Shown: piece after piece, positions 12,234 through 25,282 of the stretch
Numbering within the stretch: position 1 is the first letter of the stretch
Layout of the letters: each line of letters opens with the position of its first letter
Assembly: GCF_006345805.1 (NCBI RefSeq)
Contig: NC_043021.1
Span: 25,048,001-25,112,000, forward strand
Direction: 5' to 3'
From: Octopus sinensis
Lineage: Eukaryota
DNA length: 64,000 bases
Program-made: the position numbers and the translations under genes
Notes under the pieces: model-generated
Told to the model about the DNA's origin: nothing
The model's input: the letters and a program-made list of their open reading frames with translations, nothing else
Databases searched by the model: none

Positions 12234-12350
12234 GAACAAGAAGATATGGCAGTCCAGATAGCTGAAATGATTATAAAAGATGTAACAGCCATCACTCAGG
12301 GTTCCAGTGTACCAAAAAATCCCTGTTCAGCACCTAAACAGACGACATGA
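12234..12350 (+). CDS. AKAP10: AKAP10 last coding exon, PKA-binding amphipathic helix (EQEDMAVQIAEMIIKDVTAITQ...KQTT*)
   Basis: cag at 12231-12233, phase 0, TGA at 12348-12350. Matches the A-kinase-binding helix QEELAWKIAKMIVSDIM. Confidence 0.9.
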   Translation, partial: EQEDMAVQIAEMIIKDVTAITQGSSVPKNPCSAPKQTT

Positions 12351-12874
12351 CCCTTACAAATATGAGATGAGGTAAGTTGGATGAGGGGGCAGGTATCAGA
12401 AATTGTTTGACAACTGATAGATAGACTGTTACTGTAGGATTGTTTAATGATGTTGTTGTTGCTGTTGTTGTGGCAGCCAATTGTTAGTGTGTTGGATGAA
12501 ATGTTTTGCAGTATTTCTTCTGGTTCTCTGCATTCTGAGTTCAAATCTTGCTGAGGTCAACTTTGCCTTTCATCCCTCCAGGGTCAATAAAGTTAAGTAC
12601 CAGTCATGTACTTGGGTGAATGGTTGAAATGTATTGACCTAACCCTTTCCTTCATCGGCCAACCCCTGCCCCTCAAAATTACTGGGCTTTTGTTAAAATT
12701 AAAAAACATTATTTTAATTAAATGACACCTCAAAGTGATAAACGTCTATGCATGAAAGATTGATGGAAAGGACCAAAAACAGTTGTGAATAAACCCCCAT
12801 CATCAGCCAACTTTTATCCAGTGTCATCAGGATTTTGGTACTCAGGAATAGTTGGTGTGTGTATACGTGTCTAT

Positions 12875-13280
12875 TTACTCTTTTACTCTTTTACTTGTTT
12901 CAGTCATTTGACTGCGGCCATGCTGGAGCACCACCTTCTAATCGAGTAAATCGACCCCGGGACTTATTCTTTATAAGCCTAGTACTTATTCTATCAGTCT
13001 CTTTTGCTGAACCGCTAAGTTACGGGAACGTAAACACACCACCATCGGTTGTCAAGCAATGGTGGGGGGGACAAACACAGACACACAAACATATACATAC
13101 ATACACATATATATACATATATACAACGGGCTTCTTCCAGTTTCCGTCTACCAAATCCACTCACAAGGCTTTGGTCGGCCCGAGGCTATAGCAGAAGACA
13201 CTTGCCCAAGATGCCACGCAGTGGGACTGAACCCGGAACCATGTGGTTGGGAAGCAAGCTACTTACCACACAGCCACTCC
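12875..13280 (-). mobile_element. tRNA-headed SINE, family A
   Basis: Full-length match to the other family A copies in the window. Confidence 0.88.
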
Positions 13281-13309
13281 TGCGCCTATATATGTATCAT
13301 CATTTAACA

Positions 13310-14950
13310 TCTGTTTTTTTTTTTTATGATGTCATGGGTTGGACAGTTTGACAGGAGCTGGTGTCCCAGAGGACTATGCCAAGCTCTACTCTCAGTTCTG
13401 GCATGGGTTCTTCGGTTGAATGCCTTTTCTAATGCCAACCACTTTACAGACTATGCTGGATGCTTTTTACATGGCACCAGCAGCAATGAGGTCACCAAAG
13501 AACTTACAAGACAAGAACTCTCATCTGAGAGGGGGAGTGGTGTTGAGGGGGATGGCATTTTGTCAGGTGATGAAAGACTAAACTGTGATAAAAGGACAGA
13601 AACAGGTGTCTTGCTGTGGAAGAGATACATGGCTACCCCCGAGGGGGAGAGAGGAGATAGTGGTGAAGATGTGCCAGGATGTGCCATCAAGGGACAGGGG
13701 TGAGTGAGCAAAGAGAATAAGGGAGAGGGGAGGAGAAGGGGAATGCAGGAAGGGACAGGATGGCAACGAGACAGTTGGCAGCGGGGGGGGGGGCAGGAGA
13801 GAGAGATGCTGCAAGGAGACGAGCTTTGTAATTTGGTAAATTTGGGGGGTGGGGTGGAGGTAGGGAGGTTGAATGAATGTAACGTGTAATACACTGCACT
13901 TGTGGATGAGGTGAGCATGTCTTCTCAAGAACTTCATCTTGGTCCCTTGTCATCACCTCTGTGAGGCCCAACATCTTGAGATTGGCCCTCCTTACTTCAT
14001 CTCATGTTTTACTGGGTCTCTCTCTTCCACAGGCGCCTTCTTCTCTAAGCAACCAGCACTTCTTTATGCAACTGGGTTCATCCAAACCATTGCATTCTTC
14101 TCTCTTGTATCTGATTCCTCTTTTGTGCCCAACTTTTCTTTCAACACATTTGCACTTTGTTGTTGTACAACCATTGCAGCATACTAGCTTTTATTCTTTT
14201 CCAGTCTTTGCATGTTCTCTGCATTTGTGGCCCATGTTTCACTACCATGGAGAATAGTCAATAGTACACAAGCATCATACATTCTGCCTTTCATTACGAG
14301 AAAGAGGCCTTTTGTTGCCAACAGAGGTAATAGTTCTCTGAACTTCTCCATTCTATTCTTATTCTAGCAACTATACTTTCAGAACATTCTTATCCACTGC
14401 TAGTTTGGCTGCCTAGGTAACAGAAACTATCTACAACCCCTAGGGGTCCTCCTGAACATCTATTTCTTGTGTGTTCTTAAGGCTTTGCACATCTACTGCA
14501 TACAAAGACTGTTAACCTACCTGTTATTCCACTGCATCCCTTATGTGTCCATACTTATGGCCAACCCTCACCCTGCTCACAGCACCACTATACATGGCTT
14601 GTACAGCTCTAACAAGCCATTCAGCTTCTTCTAACTTTCTTAGAGATCACCAGGTAACAAAGCAAGTGATTCTGGCTGGTTTCCTGAAGCTAGTGTTGCA
14701 GATCATCAAACCATTTGCATTACAGAACTGCAGCAGCCTTTTTCCCTCCTCATTCATAGAGCCAAAGGCATTACCATCATGTACACCTTGGAATCCATGT
14801 GAGTGCTGCCAACATGTCCATTAAAGTCACCAGATTCAATAACCAGGTGTCTGCCATTTGATATTGAGGAAGTCTGCAAAAGGATCTCCTAGAATTGGTC
14901 CTTCTGATCGTCAGCCAGCCTAAGCTGTGGAGCACTGGCAGAGATAAATG
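13310..14950 (-). mobile_element. Degraded RTE LINE 3' portion
   Basis: Minus-strand remnants (…MLGLTEVMTRD…) resemble the C-terminus of the copies at 22669 and 25283, followed by the shared 3' module. It carries internal deletions. Confidence 0.7.
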
Positions 14951-15557
14951 TATCTTAAGCTTAGCCTCAGCTCAACTTTCCCATCATATATGCTCACCAC
15001 CTCACTTTATATCATTCATTGTTTAATGTCCCTTTTCCCATTCTGGCATGGGTTGGATTATTTGACAGTAATTGATGAGCCAAAGGGTTCTTCTTTTGCA
15101 TGGCTTCTGCAGCTGGAAGCCCTTCCTAATGCCAACCATTTTGCAGTGTGTACTGGGTGCTTTTTTTCTTGGCAGCAGTACAGGTGAGGTTGTGAAACAC
15201 CTGCAAGACAAGACCCCACCTCAACTGAGTGGAGTCTAGTATTGAAGAAGGGGAGAGTGTAATAGAGGGACAAGAGCAGGAGTCATGCTGAAGGGGCCAA
15301 TACATAGCTTTCCCTTCGAGAGAGAGAAAGATGGTGAGGACACACCCTCAAGGTACAAGGTGAATATAAAAGAGAGGATAGAGATAAAGGTGGGTGGGCA
15401 GATAGTAAGTTAATAAGAGGGTGACAGATAAAACCATAAGCTCTGTGTATAAACACCTTCTTAAAAACAATTGTGTTAATCTTGAAAAAAATATTTCTTA
15501 TTATTCTTCACTTCCAAATCTCCTAAACTCTTGTGTTTTTTTTTTCTTGCTTTACAG

Positions 15558-15700
15558 GTGTCAGGGGATGTAACATGGTGATCAATATCAGGGGCTGCTC
15601 ATTGTCGGGGAATCTTATATGCTGATCTAGAAAACATCAAAAGAAATCGTCCACCAAAACCTTCACAATTCTAACCAGAATCTCTGTCAATGATGAAGCA
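15558..15700 (+). other. AKAP10: Probable AKAP10 3'-UTR (or alternative last) exon; 3' end not determined
   Basis: Strong acceptor ttttttttcttgctttacag ending at 15557. It would pair with the consensus donor gag|gtaagt at 12371/12372, downstream of the stop codon. Confidence 0.55.
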
Positions 15701-15886
15701 GGTGCTGTGTGTGTGTGCATGTGTGTGTTTGGCCTTCCTCAACCGATGTTGTTAATAGAGGGGGGGGGGTGCAGAGGGCAGCTGGCTTCCCTTTTTTTTT
15801 TCCTTTCTACTCACATCCTTCTTTCTCTTGGAGCCACCACTTCCATCACACATTCTTCTCTGCCTCCCCCTCAACCTCCTCCTCCA

Positions 15887-15929
<43 letters not shown>

Positions 15930-16073
15930 TGCCTTATTCTCTTCCTGCTGTACTTTTCCTTCTCTGTCTTTTTTTGTGTGTATGTATATATATATATATA
16001 CACATACACACACACACACACACACAAACATATGTACATACACATATATACATATTTGTATATTATATAAATT

Positions 16074-16129
<56 letters not shown>

Positions 16130-16136
16130 CACATAC

Positions 16137-16174
<38 letters not shown>

Positions 16175-16819
16175 CATATGCATTGCTATATACTTCTGCT
16201 CATTAACCCTTCTTTTGCTGTTCAAATGTCAGTGTGTATATAGCCATGTTTGGATAAGTATTAATGTAGATATGTTGCAAAGGAGGAGGCAGGGTGTGGG
16301 TAAGGAGGACGTTCTGTCTGTGTGTGTGTGTGTGTGTGTTGCAGTGTGATGCTGAGGACATGTAGTATGGGCTAAAGTGGTTGATGCTTACCTCTTTCTC
16401 TGCGTCATATCCTCAGCTCATCACTACAATGTTGTTTGAGAGAATCTGGCTGTCAGGTGGCTCTAAAGATGCCTTTTCTGTGGCCACCACCAGCTGTTGT
16501 TGTCGATGTTCTTTCTGTTATTGTTTGTGTACATGTGTAATTTTACACACACACTGCAAACACGTAGACATGATGGTGAATGTGTGTAGAGTCTGGTGTT
16601 TGAATGGACTTCAAAACTTTAAACCTGCATCAAAAGGTACCGTCATCCGTGGTAAGGCCTTCACAAAGGAGAACAATTACTTTCATACAAAGCAGGCTGT
16701 TGGACGAACAATCTCCATGTGGGATTTGATGGTCAATTTACCTCATAATCTGTACAACAGACATGTAGTCACAAATTGATGTTCACTTTACACTTTTATC
16801 TGTACATTGCTATATTAAC

Positions 16820-16941
16820 ACAATTGCCAGGTTATATATATATATACACACATATTTGTGTGTTTGTGTGTGTATCTATATATATATATATATGTATATA
16901 TATGTGTACGTATATATATATTCTCCAAGTAGGTTTTTATT

Positions 16942-16972
<31 letters not shown>

Positions 16973-17088
16973 ATATATGTATGTGTATATATATATGTAT
17001 GTGTATATATATATGTATGTGTATATATGTATGTGTATATATATATGTATGTGTTATATATATATGTATGTGTATATATATATGTATG

Positions 17089-17119
<31 letters not shown>

Positions 17120-17156
17120 ATATATATATTGTATGGTATATATATATATATGTATG

Positions 17157-17189
<33 letters not shown>

Positions 17190-17342
17190 ATATATTATAT
17201 ATATATATATATGTATGTATATATATATATATATATGTATGTATATATATATATATATATATATATGATGTATATAATATATATATATATATATGTATGT
17301 ATATATATATATATATATGTATTGTATATATATATATGTAAT

Positions 17343-17376
<34 letters not shown>

Positions 17377-17734
17377 TGTATGTATATATATATGTATGTA
17401 TATATATATGTATGTATATATATATATGTATGTATATATATATATGTATTATATATATATATGTATGTATATATATATATGTATGTATATATATATATGT
17501 ATGTGTATATATATATATGTATGTATGTGTAATATATATATATATATGTATGTATGTGTATATATATATATAGTATGGTATGTGTATATATATATATATA
17601 TGTATGTAGATGTGTATATATATATATATGTATGTATGTGTATATATATATATATATGTATGTATGTGTATATATATATATGTATGTATATATATATGTA
17701 TGTATATATATATATATATATATAATATATATAT

Positions 17735-17776
<42 letters not shown>

Positions 17777-17810
17777 GTATATATATGTATGTTATATATA
17801 TATATATTGA
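16820..17810. repeat. About 1-kb (AT)n/(ATGT)n compound microsatellite
   Basis: Seen directly. Confidence 0.95.
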
Positions 17811-20542
17811 AAGAGAGAAAAATTCTTTCCCCGTCCTCTGTTGTTAATGATTTACTTTTGTAAAAGAACTGAATTTAACCAAAATGTTGTTTAGGAAGAA
17901 ATGAAAATAGACAAATATAACCACATTATGATGGGAAATATATGTAAATATATACACACATAGTAATGTTGATGTTGACTTGCAACTCAAGTTTCACCAA
18001 TTGACTCAGTATTGACTCCTGATTTGAGGGGAATTTGGCTGCTATTTTTAGTAGGTCAGCTGACTACATGGAAACGATCTCTCTAGTGTAATGAAATAGG
18101 CATTAATTATAACCCCCCCCACCCCCCCCCCCCCACTAAAAACAAAATCTGTGATTTTGTGCCTAAATTAGAAATTGTTATTTTGGTGAGCTGGTACAAT
18201 TGTTAGCATGCCAGAGAAAATGCTTCGTGGCCTTTCTTCCAGCTCTGAACATTCTGAGTTCAAATTCCACTGAGGTTGACTTTGGCTTTTATTCTTTTGC
18301 ACCACCACCACCACCCTCATTCTCACCAAAATTCCAGACCTGGTGCCTATCGTCAAAAGAATTATTATTATTCTAAGAACAGTGGCAGAATTGATAGAAT
18401 GCAAAGCAATGCAATTTTTAATTCCATTTTCTGGGTTCAAGTCTCCCTTGGTGTCTCCGAGGGAATAAAATAAATATTGACTGTGAACATCTTCAATGTT
18501 TGTGGCCCGCTTTGCTGAAGTTGGAAATTATTCTTGTTATTAGCTTATCTGAATGGTGGTTGTGGACTGGCAGAATCGTTGGAGCATCAAATGAAATCTT
18601 TGTGCAATTTGTTTTGGCTCTATACATTCTGAGTTCAAATCCTGCCCAAGCCAGCCTTGTTTTTTTACTCTTCCACGGTTGATTTAATCATTGATTTCTT
18701 CTGAGTGTTTCTTTGGCCTTCAGCTGATCATTTTAGGGATACAAGTTCCTTTCTGTGAAATGTCACCAGAAAACAGTTACCAAATGGTGGAATATTCTAA
18801 AAACAGGAAGTCTCAGTGTATTGTCAGATATTTTAGCCCAGCTGACCCTTATTCAAATTCTTCAACCAATAATCTGCAATAAACATCAAACAAAAAACCA
18901 CCAAAGGAGCCTCTGTGAGATAGATCAACATGCTAGTAACAGGAGCTAAATTCCCATGCCATTGAAGAAGTCTCTATGTAATTGCTCAACCAACATGTAG
19001 CAGCCAAATGTCTTTGCACCATACGTATTGACTAATAGAAATCTTATCCCTGTACATTTTAGAATCCTAAACCCTTAAACCTCTGGGACGCCTGCTCAGT
19101 GGTTCGGTTCTGCCGAAGTCGGTTGTTGTCGTCGTCCTCTTTCATGTCTGAAAGTAGACTTGAAACTACCGAAATATTTGTTATACAGTCCCAGCTTCTT
19201 GAAAGAGATGGCACAGTACCTTCTCCAAAGCACAGTACCTTCTATAAGACTAAAATCTCTTTAGTCCAGGCCTTTCTGCTGACCCAATGATGGGACAAAC
19301 TAGAAAACTAACCATTTTCTTTTGTTTTCTGTTTTTGTTCAAACTGATCTACTCACTTTTGTTGTGGTATTCTAAAGGGTGTCCAATGAGGGCCAGATGC
19401 CCTTCCCAATGCCAACCACTTCACAGAATATACTGGATGCTTCTTTCTGTGATACCAGTAGCAGTGATGTTGCTGAGTAACTTGCGAGTCAAAGAAAAGA
19501 CTCTACTCAGTCAAGGGTTTTGATTTGTGAGTCACTTGGCAACCTCACTTTCTGTAAAGAGACTGGTTTTAGGAAAGGGCATCCAGCCATAGAAACCATG
19601 CTGTTTTTTTTATCTCTTTTTTCTGTATCAGAGTTGGACCCTTTGGAAATCAAGTCATTGTAGTCTTCTTGTGTCTATTTCCATTGGCAATTTTCTTGAG
19701 CTTCTGTAGAAATACCAGGAGATTTCAAAGAACTGTTGATGTCTGACAAACATTCCATGTTTCTGTGTCCTTGTGTCATTTATCTGTAAAGCAGTTTGTC
19801 TATGGCCACTCAACCTCATAATGGTAGAGAATTATGAAAAACTAAGTCCAACACCCTCAGTCTTTCACACTGAGTTTAATGTCACTTCAGTCTTCTTTCA
19901 AAAGACACTCACAGGTTGTTTATAGCAACAAAATAGTGAAGGCCCCTCCTACTCCAACAGAAAGGCTAGAAAGACATAAGGGAACCCATGTTTAAGTGTT
20001 GATATGGTGTCATAGCAATCATACATTGTTAACGATTGAATGGACTTGGATGTTGTGGTCATCTTGTCCTTTTCTCTATCAAACCACATTGTCTCATCAT
20101 GTCTTCTCTGAGTTGAGGGAGATTCAACTGGTATTTACTGAACAAAATGGAGAGATATAACTATCACAGGTATTTTTGTTTGGGGGCATAATAATTACTG
20201 GTACAGGGTTACTAACTACTCTTGGGTGTCTTTTGAGCTTAGTATTACAAGCTAATCAAACATTCACCAATGATATAGTGTTCCTGCTGCCTACAGCAGT
20301 GACCTCTACTTCTCTCCCCTAATATTTTACTTGGTGGGTTCAGTAATTTGTTGGTTTTGTCCTCCACAACAAAGCAGGAAGAGCCGTGGGAGACAAACCA
20401 GAAGCTGTTGAGATGGTAGGAGGGCCCTAAAATGTTGGGGGGTTCTGGCTTTGGTTTGTGGGGATCAGAAAGATGTTGAGGTGTGTCAAAGCAGACGTGT
20501 CTGTTTATTGATGTAAATGCGTGAATCAATGAGTCAGTATGG

Positions 20543-20574
<32 letters not shown>

Positions 20575-22628
20575 TACATATTTATAAACACACATATACA
20601 CATGTATATGTCTATGTGTGTGCGTGTGTATATACATACACATATGCTCATACTAAACATGATGTAAAATATTAATGACTTTTTGGAGATAGGGGTGGGA
20701 ACTAAGTTTTCTTTTCAGGCAAAATTTATTAACAACGGAGGGTGAGTAAAAAAGGTAAAAAAGCGGGGGAAAGAATATAGAAGAAAAATGGAGAAAAATA
20801 AAGATGTCTGAAATAAAAATGAATGAAAGGTGATGAGAAAAGATTTTGAAAATGTTATATGTAAAATAAAATTGTGAAATTGAGAATACAGAAGAGAGTG
20901 AAAACAGAAAGGATTTAGGAAGAAATTCCTTTATATTTTGCTGCCTTTAGCATTTTCTGTCTTCAAACTTGTCCAAGGCACACAAGAAGATTATCAACTT
21001 TGTTTCTCAGTTCATCCCTTGTCCATGGTGATGAGCAAACAGATGAGCTGGTAATAATAATAATGATAAAAATAATAATAATAATAATGATTATAATGAA
21101 TAAAATGAAATAAACAAGTCTAATAATATTGGAAGCAGATTTCAGAAGATGTAATTTACCATACAGTCAACTAGCATCTTAGAGTAAACTGGTTATGATA
21201 TCCAAAGTACCTTGACTGTGGAGTACCTCAACCATCCCGGAGGGTTGCTCTGCAGACAATGGCACAGAAGGTAGCAGCTGGATACAGCCTGAGCCTCCTT
21301 AAGTTGCAAGGCATTGAGGACCTTCTGCTGTTCATCCCTCCCTAGAATTTCTTACTATTTTCATCCCACCCACTTCCTGTAAGACTGTTTTCCATCCACT
21401 TTTCTATGCTAGCATGGATGGGATGAGATGAGATGGAGGGAAGAAGGGTCTTTCGCTGGTAAATTCAGAAGCTTAAATAATATTGTTAAAACCCTTTTTT
21501 TTTTTTTTTTTAACATTATGGAAATTCTTTATTTTACAACTGGATATCCATTTGTTGTTACTGCTAATTATTAACGTGTCAAAGAACTGTCTCAAGAACT
21601 ATATTTAGAATCGAACACAATGGCAACGTTGGCAGCCAGGAATGGTCGATTAAATAAAACTGTCTTCTGGTATTTCCCAATGTCTCCAACCTTCTGCCAT
21701 GCGTGATTGACTTTTATCCGTCATCCTCCCCCCTCCCCCTCCCGTAAGATTGATCAAACCAAATATTAGTAATGATTAATAAACTTATTGGTGACTGATG
21801 GATGATTCGGTGGAATACTGGCCCCCAACACAACCACCTAAAAAAAAGTTGGTTCTTTGTGCCAAGCAGAAAGAAACCCCTCAAAATAGTCCAAGCCATG
21901 CCATTGTAGAAATATGGAAGTTGATGATGAAAATATCATTGATCTGCATTGATTTTCCTTGCACACCCACCCCTCCACACCAATTTTATTTATTTTTTTT
22001 TTTACCAAAACACCCCACCCTCGTCTCATTCACACCAAATATCAAAAATTCAGTTGTTTTTCATTTGTATTATATGCTTTATTTTTTTTTTCCAAATTTT
22101 TTTTTTCAAATTTTATTATTTTTTTTATGATTTTTATTTTTCTGTTGTTATTGTTGGTTGAGAAATGAAAATTGAAAAAGGAGAGAAAATTCAACTTGTA
22201 CAATAAATTCTATCTTCTAAACCTAATTCCCTTGTTTGCTTATTTCGTGTTTCATCTTATTTCATGAATAACGAAGAGAACTGATCGTCAAATATGACTA
22301 ACAGCTTCCTCCGTCTCATCCTCAAACATGCACATCCTCAAACTTCAGGGCCACCTTCATCTTTTCAGGGTCAATAAAAATATAAGAAACCACTCCATTT
22401 TCCAGCATGAAACCATCTTACGTATAATAAAACGTAATGTCTCACCTGTCAGTCACACTAAAGAAAGAAGAGTAAAACAACAAACAAGGTGGGAGTGAGA
22501 GGCTGTCAAAGACAGGTGAGCAGCATGCAAGGGTTTTGCTCTGAGGATGCTGGGATTCTAATTGAAATAGAACTGCATGTTTTTATTGTAAATCGTATTT
22601 AGTTTCTCTGTTCCACACACACCTTTAA

Positions 22629-22668
<40 letters not shown>

Positions 22669-23696
22669 GTAGTTTCCGTTACCTAGGTGATCAAGTAAGT
22701 AGCAGGGGCAGGTGTACTGAAAGTGTAACTGCTAGAGTAAGAATAGCCTGGGCAAAGTTCAGAGAGCTCTTACCTCTGCTGGTGACAAAAGGCCTCTCGC
22801 TCACAGTAGAAGGCAGACTGTTTGAGGCATGTGTACGAACAGCCATGCTACATGGGCCGTGACTGCTGAGGATATGCGTAAGCTTGCAAGAAATGAAGCC
22901 AGTATGCTCCAATGGATGTGTAATGTCAGTGTTCATACCCGACAGAGTGTAAGTACCTTGAAAGAAAAGTTGGGCCTAAGAAGCATCAGATGTGGTGTGC
23001 AAGAGAGACGTCTATGCTGGTATGGTCATGTGGTAAGAATGGATGAAGTTAGTTGTGTGAAAAAGTGCCACACCCTAGTGGTTGAGGGAACCTGTGGATA
23101 GGTAGACCCAGGAAAACCTGGGATGAGGTGGTGAAGCATGACCTTCGCTCTTTAGGTCTCACCGAGGAAATGACCAGAGACCGAGACCTTTGGAAGTATG
23201 CTGTGCGTGGGAAGACCCGGCAGGACAAGTGAGACCATAACCCGTGGCCTCTACCTGGGACGTAGTCAGTCCACCTGTGCATGCCTTCCTTCTTGGGACA
23301 CAAAACTCTGCTTGTGAAGACCTGTTGAGGCAAGTGAAAATCGAAATCGATCAACATCAATGGAATGTGTAGTTGTGATACCAGTGACGGTGGCACGTAT
23401 GAGAACCATCCGAACATGGCCGTAGCCAGCGCCCTCTGACTGGCCTCCGTGCCGGTGGCACATAACAAACACCATCCAAGTGTGGCCGTTGCCAGCCTCG
23501 TCTGGCACCTGTGGCGGTGGCACATAAAAAGCACCCACTATACTCACGGAGTGGTTGGCGTTATGAAGAGCATCCAGCTGTAGAAACACTGCCAGATCTG
23601 ACTGGGCCTGGTGCAGCCTTCTGGCTTCCCAGACCCCAGTTGAACCGTCCAACCCATGCTAGCATGGAAAGCAAATGTTAAACGATGATGATGATG
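22669..23696 (+). mobile_element. 5'-truncated RTE-clade LINE (RT C-terminus, 3' UTR, (GAT)n tail)
   Basis: ARVRIAWAKFRELLPLL...QERRLCWYGHVVRMDE...GRPRKTWDEVVKHDL, with frameshifts and stops. Flanked by AT-rich dinucleotide repeats. Confidence 0.9.
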
Positions 23697-23820
23697 AGAT
23701 ATATGTATGTAGATATATATATATATGTAGATATATATGTATATGTATATATATGAAATTAAATATTAAACACTTGTTTTCAGAGTATTATTGTTCACAT
23801 AACATTTATATATATGTATG

Positions 23821-23877
<57 letters not shown>

Positions 23878-24480
23878 ACACATACATGTTATGCGATCAT
23901 GATCATCATTTAATGTCCATCTTTCATGCATTCATGGGCAGGATGGTTGACAGGAGCTGGCCAAGTAGAAAACTAGCCTAGGCTACTGTGTCTGTTTTGA
24001 CAAGGTTTTTACACCTGGATGCCCTTCCTAACACCAACCAGAGTGGACTCAGTGCTTTTTACATGGCACTAGCACATGTGAGGTTAGCTTTGGCAAGATT
24101 TTTACGGCTGGATACCCTTCCAAATGCCAACCACTTTACAGTGTGGGCTGGATGCTTTTTACATGGCACCAGCACTGGTAGGGTCACCAAGTAACTTGCA
24201 AGACAAAGGAATAATGAGAGGGGCATTTGAGGATGGGAACTCGTGTCAGAGGATGAAAGGTTAGAGGGTGACAAAGAGACAGAGAGGCAGAAACCGGTGT
24301 CTTGCTATAACGGAGAAGGAATTGAAGGAGGTGATCCAGTATCAGATGAAAGGTTAGAGTGTGACAGAGAAATAAGGAGGAAGAAATAAGGGTCTTGCTA
24401 TAGAGGAGGTACATAGTTACCCAGTGAGAGAGTGACCAAGAATGAGGGCAGAAATAGGTGTGCTAATGTATATATATATA

Positions 24481-24750
24481 TATATAAAAAATTAGAAAAA
24501 AACCACCTTTTATCAATTCAAAATGAACAATTAAATTACACCATCTAGAAAATTACATATAATAGAAAAGTTAAAATTAAAATAACAATAAAATGTAAAG
24601 ATTAAGTAAAATGCAAAAATAATAAAAACGTATTATTGTTATTTTAATTTCAACTTTTCTATTATATTATATGTAATTTTCTAGATGGTGTAATTTAATT
24701 GTTCATTTTGAATTGATAAAAGGTGGTTTTTTTCCAATTTTTTATATATA
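24481..24750. repeat. AT-rich fold-back element, about 110-bp inverted arms and about 40-bp spacer
   Basis: 24481-24591 is the reverse complement of 24633-24750 (one short indel, few mismatches). It sits in (TA)n. Confidence 0.9.
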
Positions 24751-25037
24751 ATATTGTGTGAAATTTGATTTAGTATTTCTAAATTGAATTTTTTTCCTTG
24801 TTAGTTTGGATTTTATTCCCTCAAATAATATATATTTATATATATATATATTGTTTTAGTCCATTTTCCCATGCTTGCCCTTTCTGATACAAGCCCTTAT
24901 TTCCTTTTCCAAATTAAGGACAACATTTTACTGATTCCATCAATCTGAAAAATGTAAACAAACAAACATGTGCATGGATACATTCACACCTATGCACATG
25001 TATATGTATGCATACCCATAGGTATATATAAATATAT

Positions 25038-25080
<43 letters not shown>

Positions 25081-25148
25081 TGTCTATATATAAATGTATA
25101 TATATATATATATATATATATATGTGCCTAAATGTATGTATATGTACA

Positions 25149-25180
<32 letters not shown>

Positions 25181-25282
25181 AGAAAAAAATAAGGGCTTGT
25201 ATCAGAAAGGGCAAGCATGGGAAAATGGACTAAAACAATATATATATATATAAATATATATTATATATATATATATATATAT

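Noticed and set aside
16381-16779. 132-aa plus ORF with a Cys cluster
   Set aside because: No recognisable domain, non-ATG start and no splice context. Probably AKAP10 3'-UTR or intergenic sequence.
15707-17847. Tyr/Ile/Met/Val/Cys-rich ORFs (also at 53674-54426, 59259-59942 and 61000-63110)
   Set aside because: Translations of (AT)n/(GT)n/(ATGT)n microsatellites.
20245-20643. Minus ORF ending ERSRGHCCRQQEHYI as the TGF-beta mature domain
   Set aside because: It stops 7 codons later, no frame contains GW..WII or CxGxC motifs, and there is no good acceptor.
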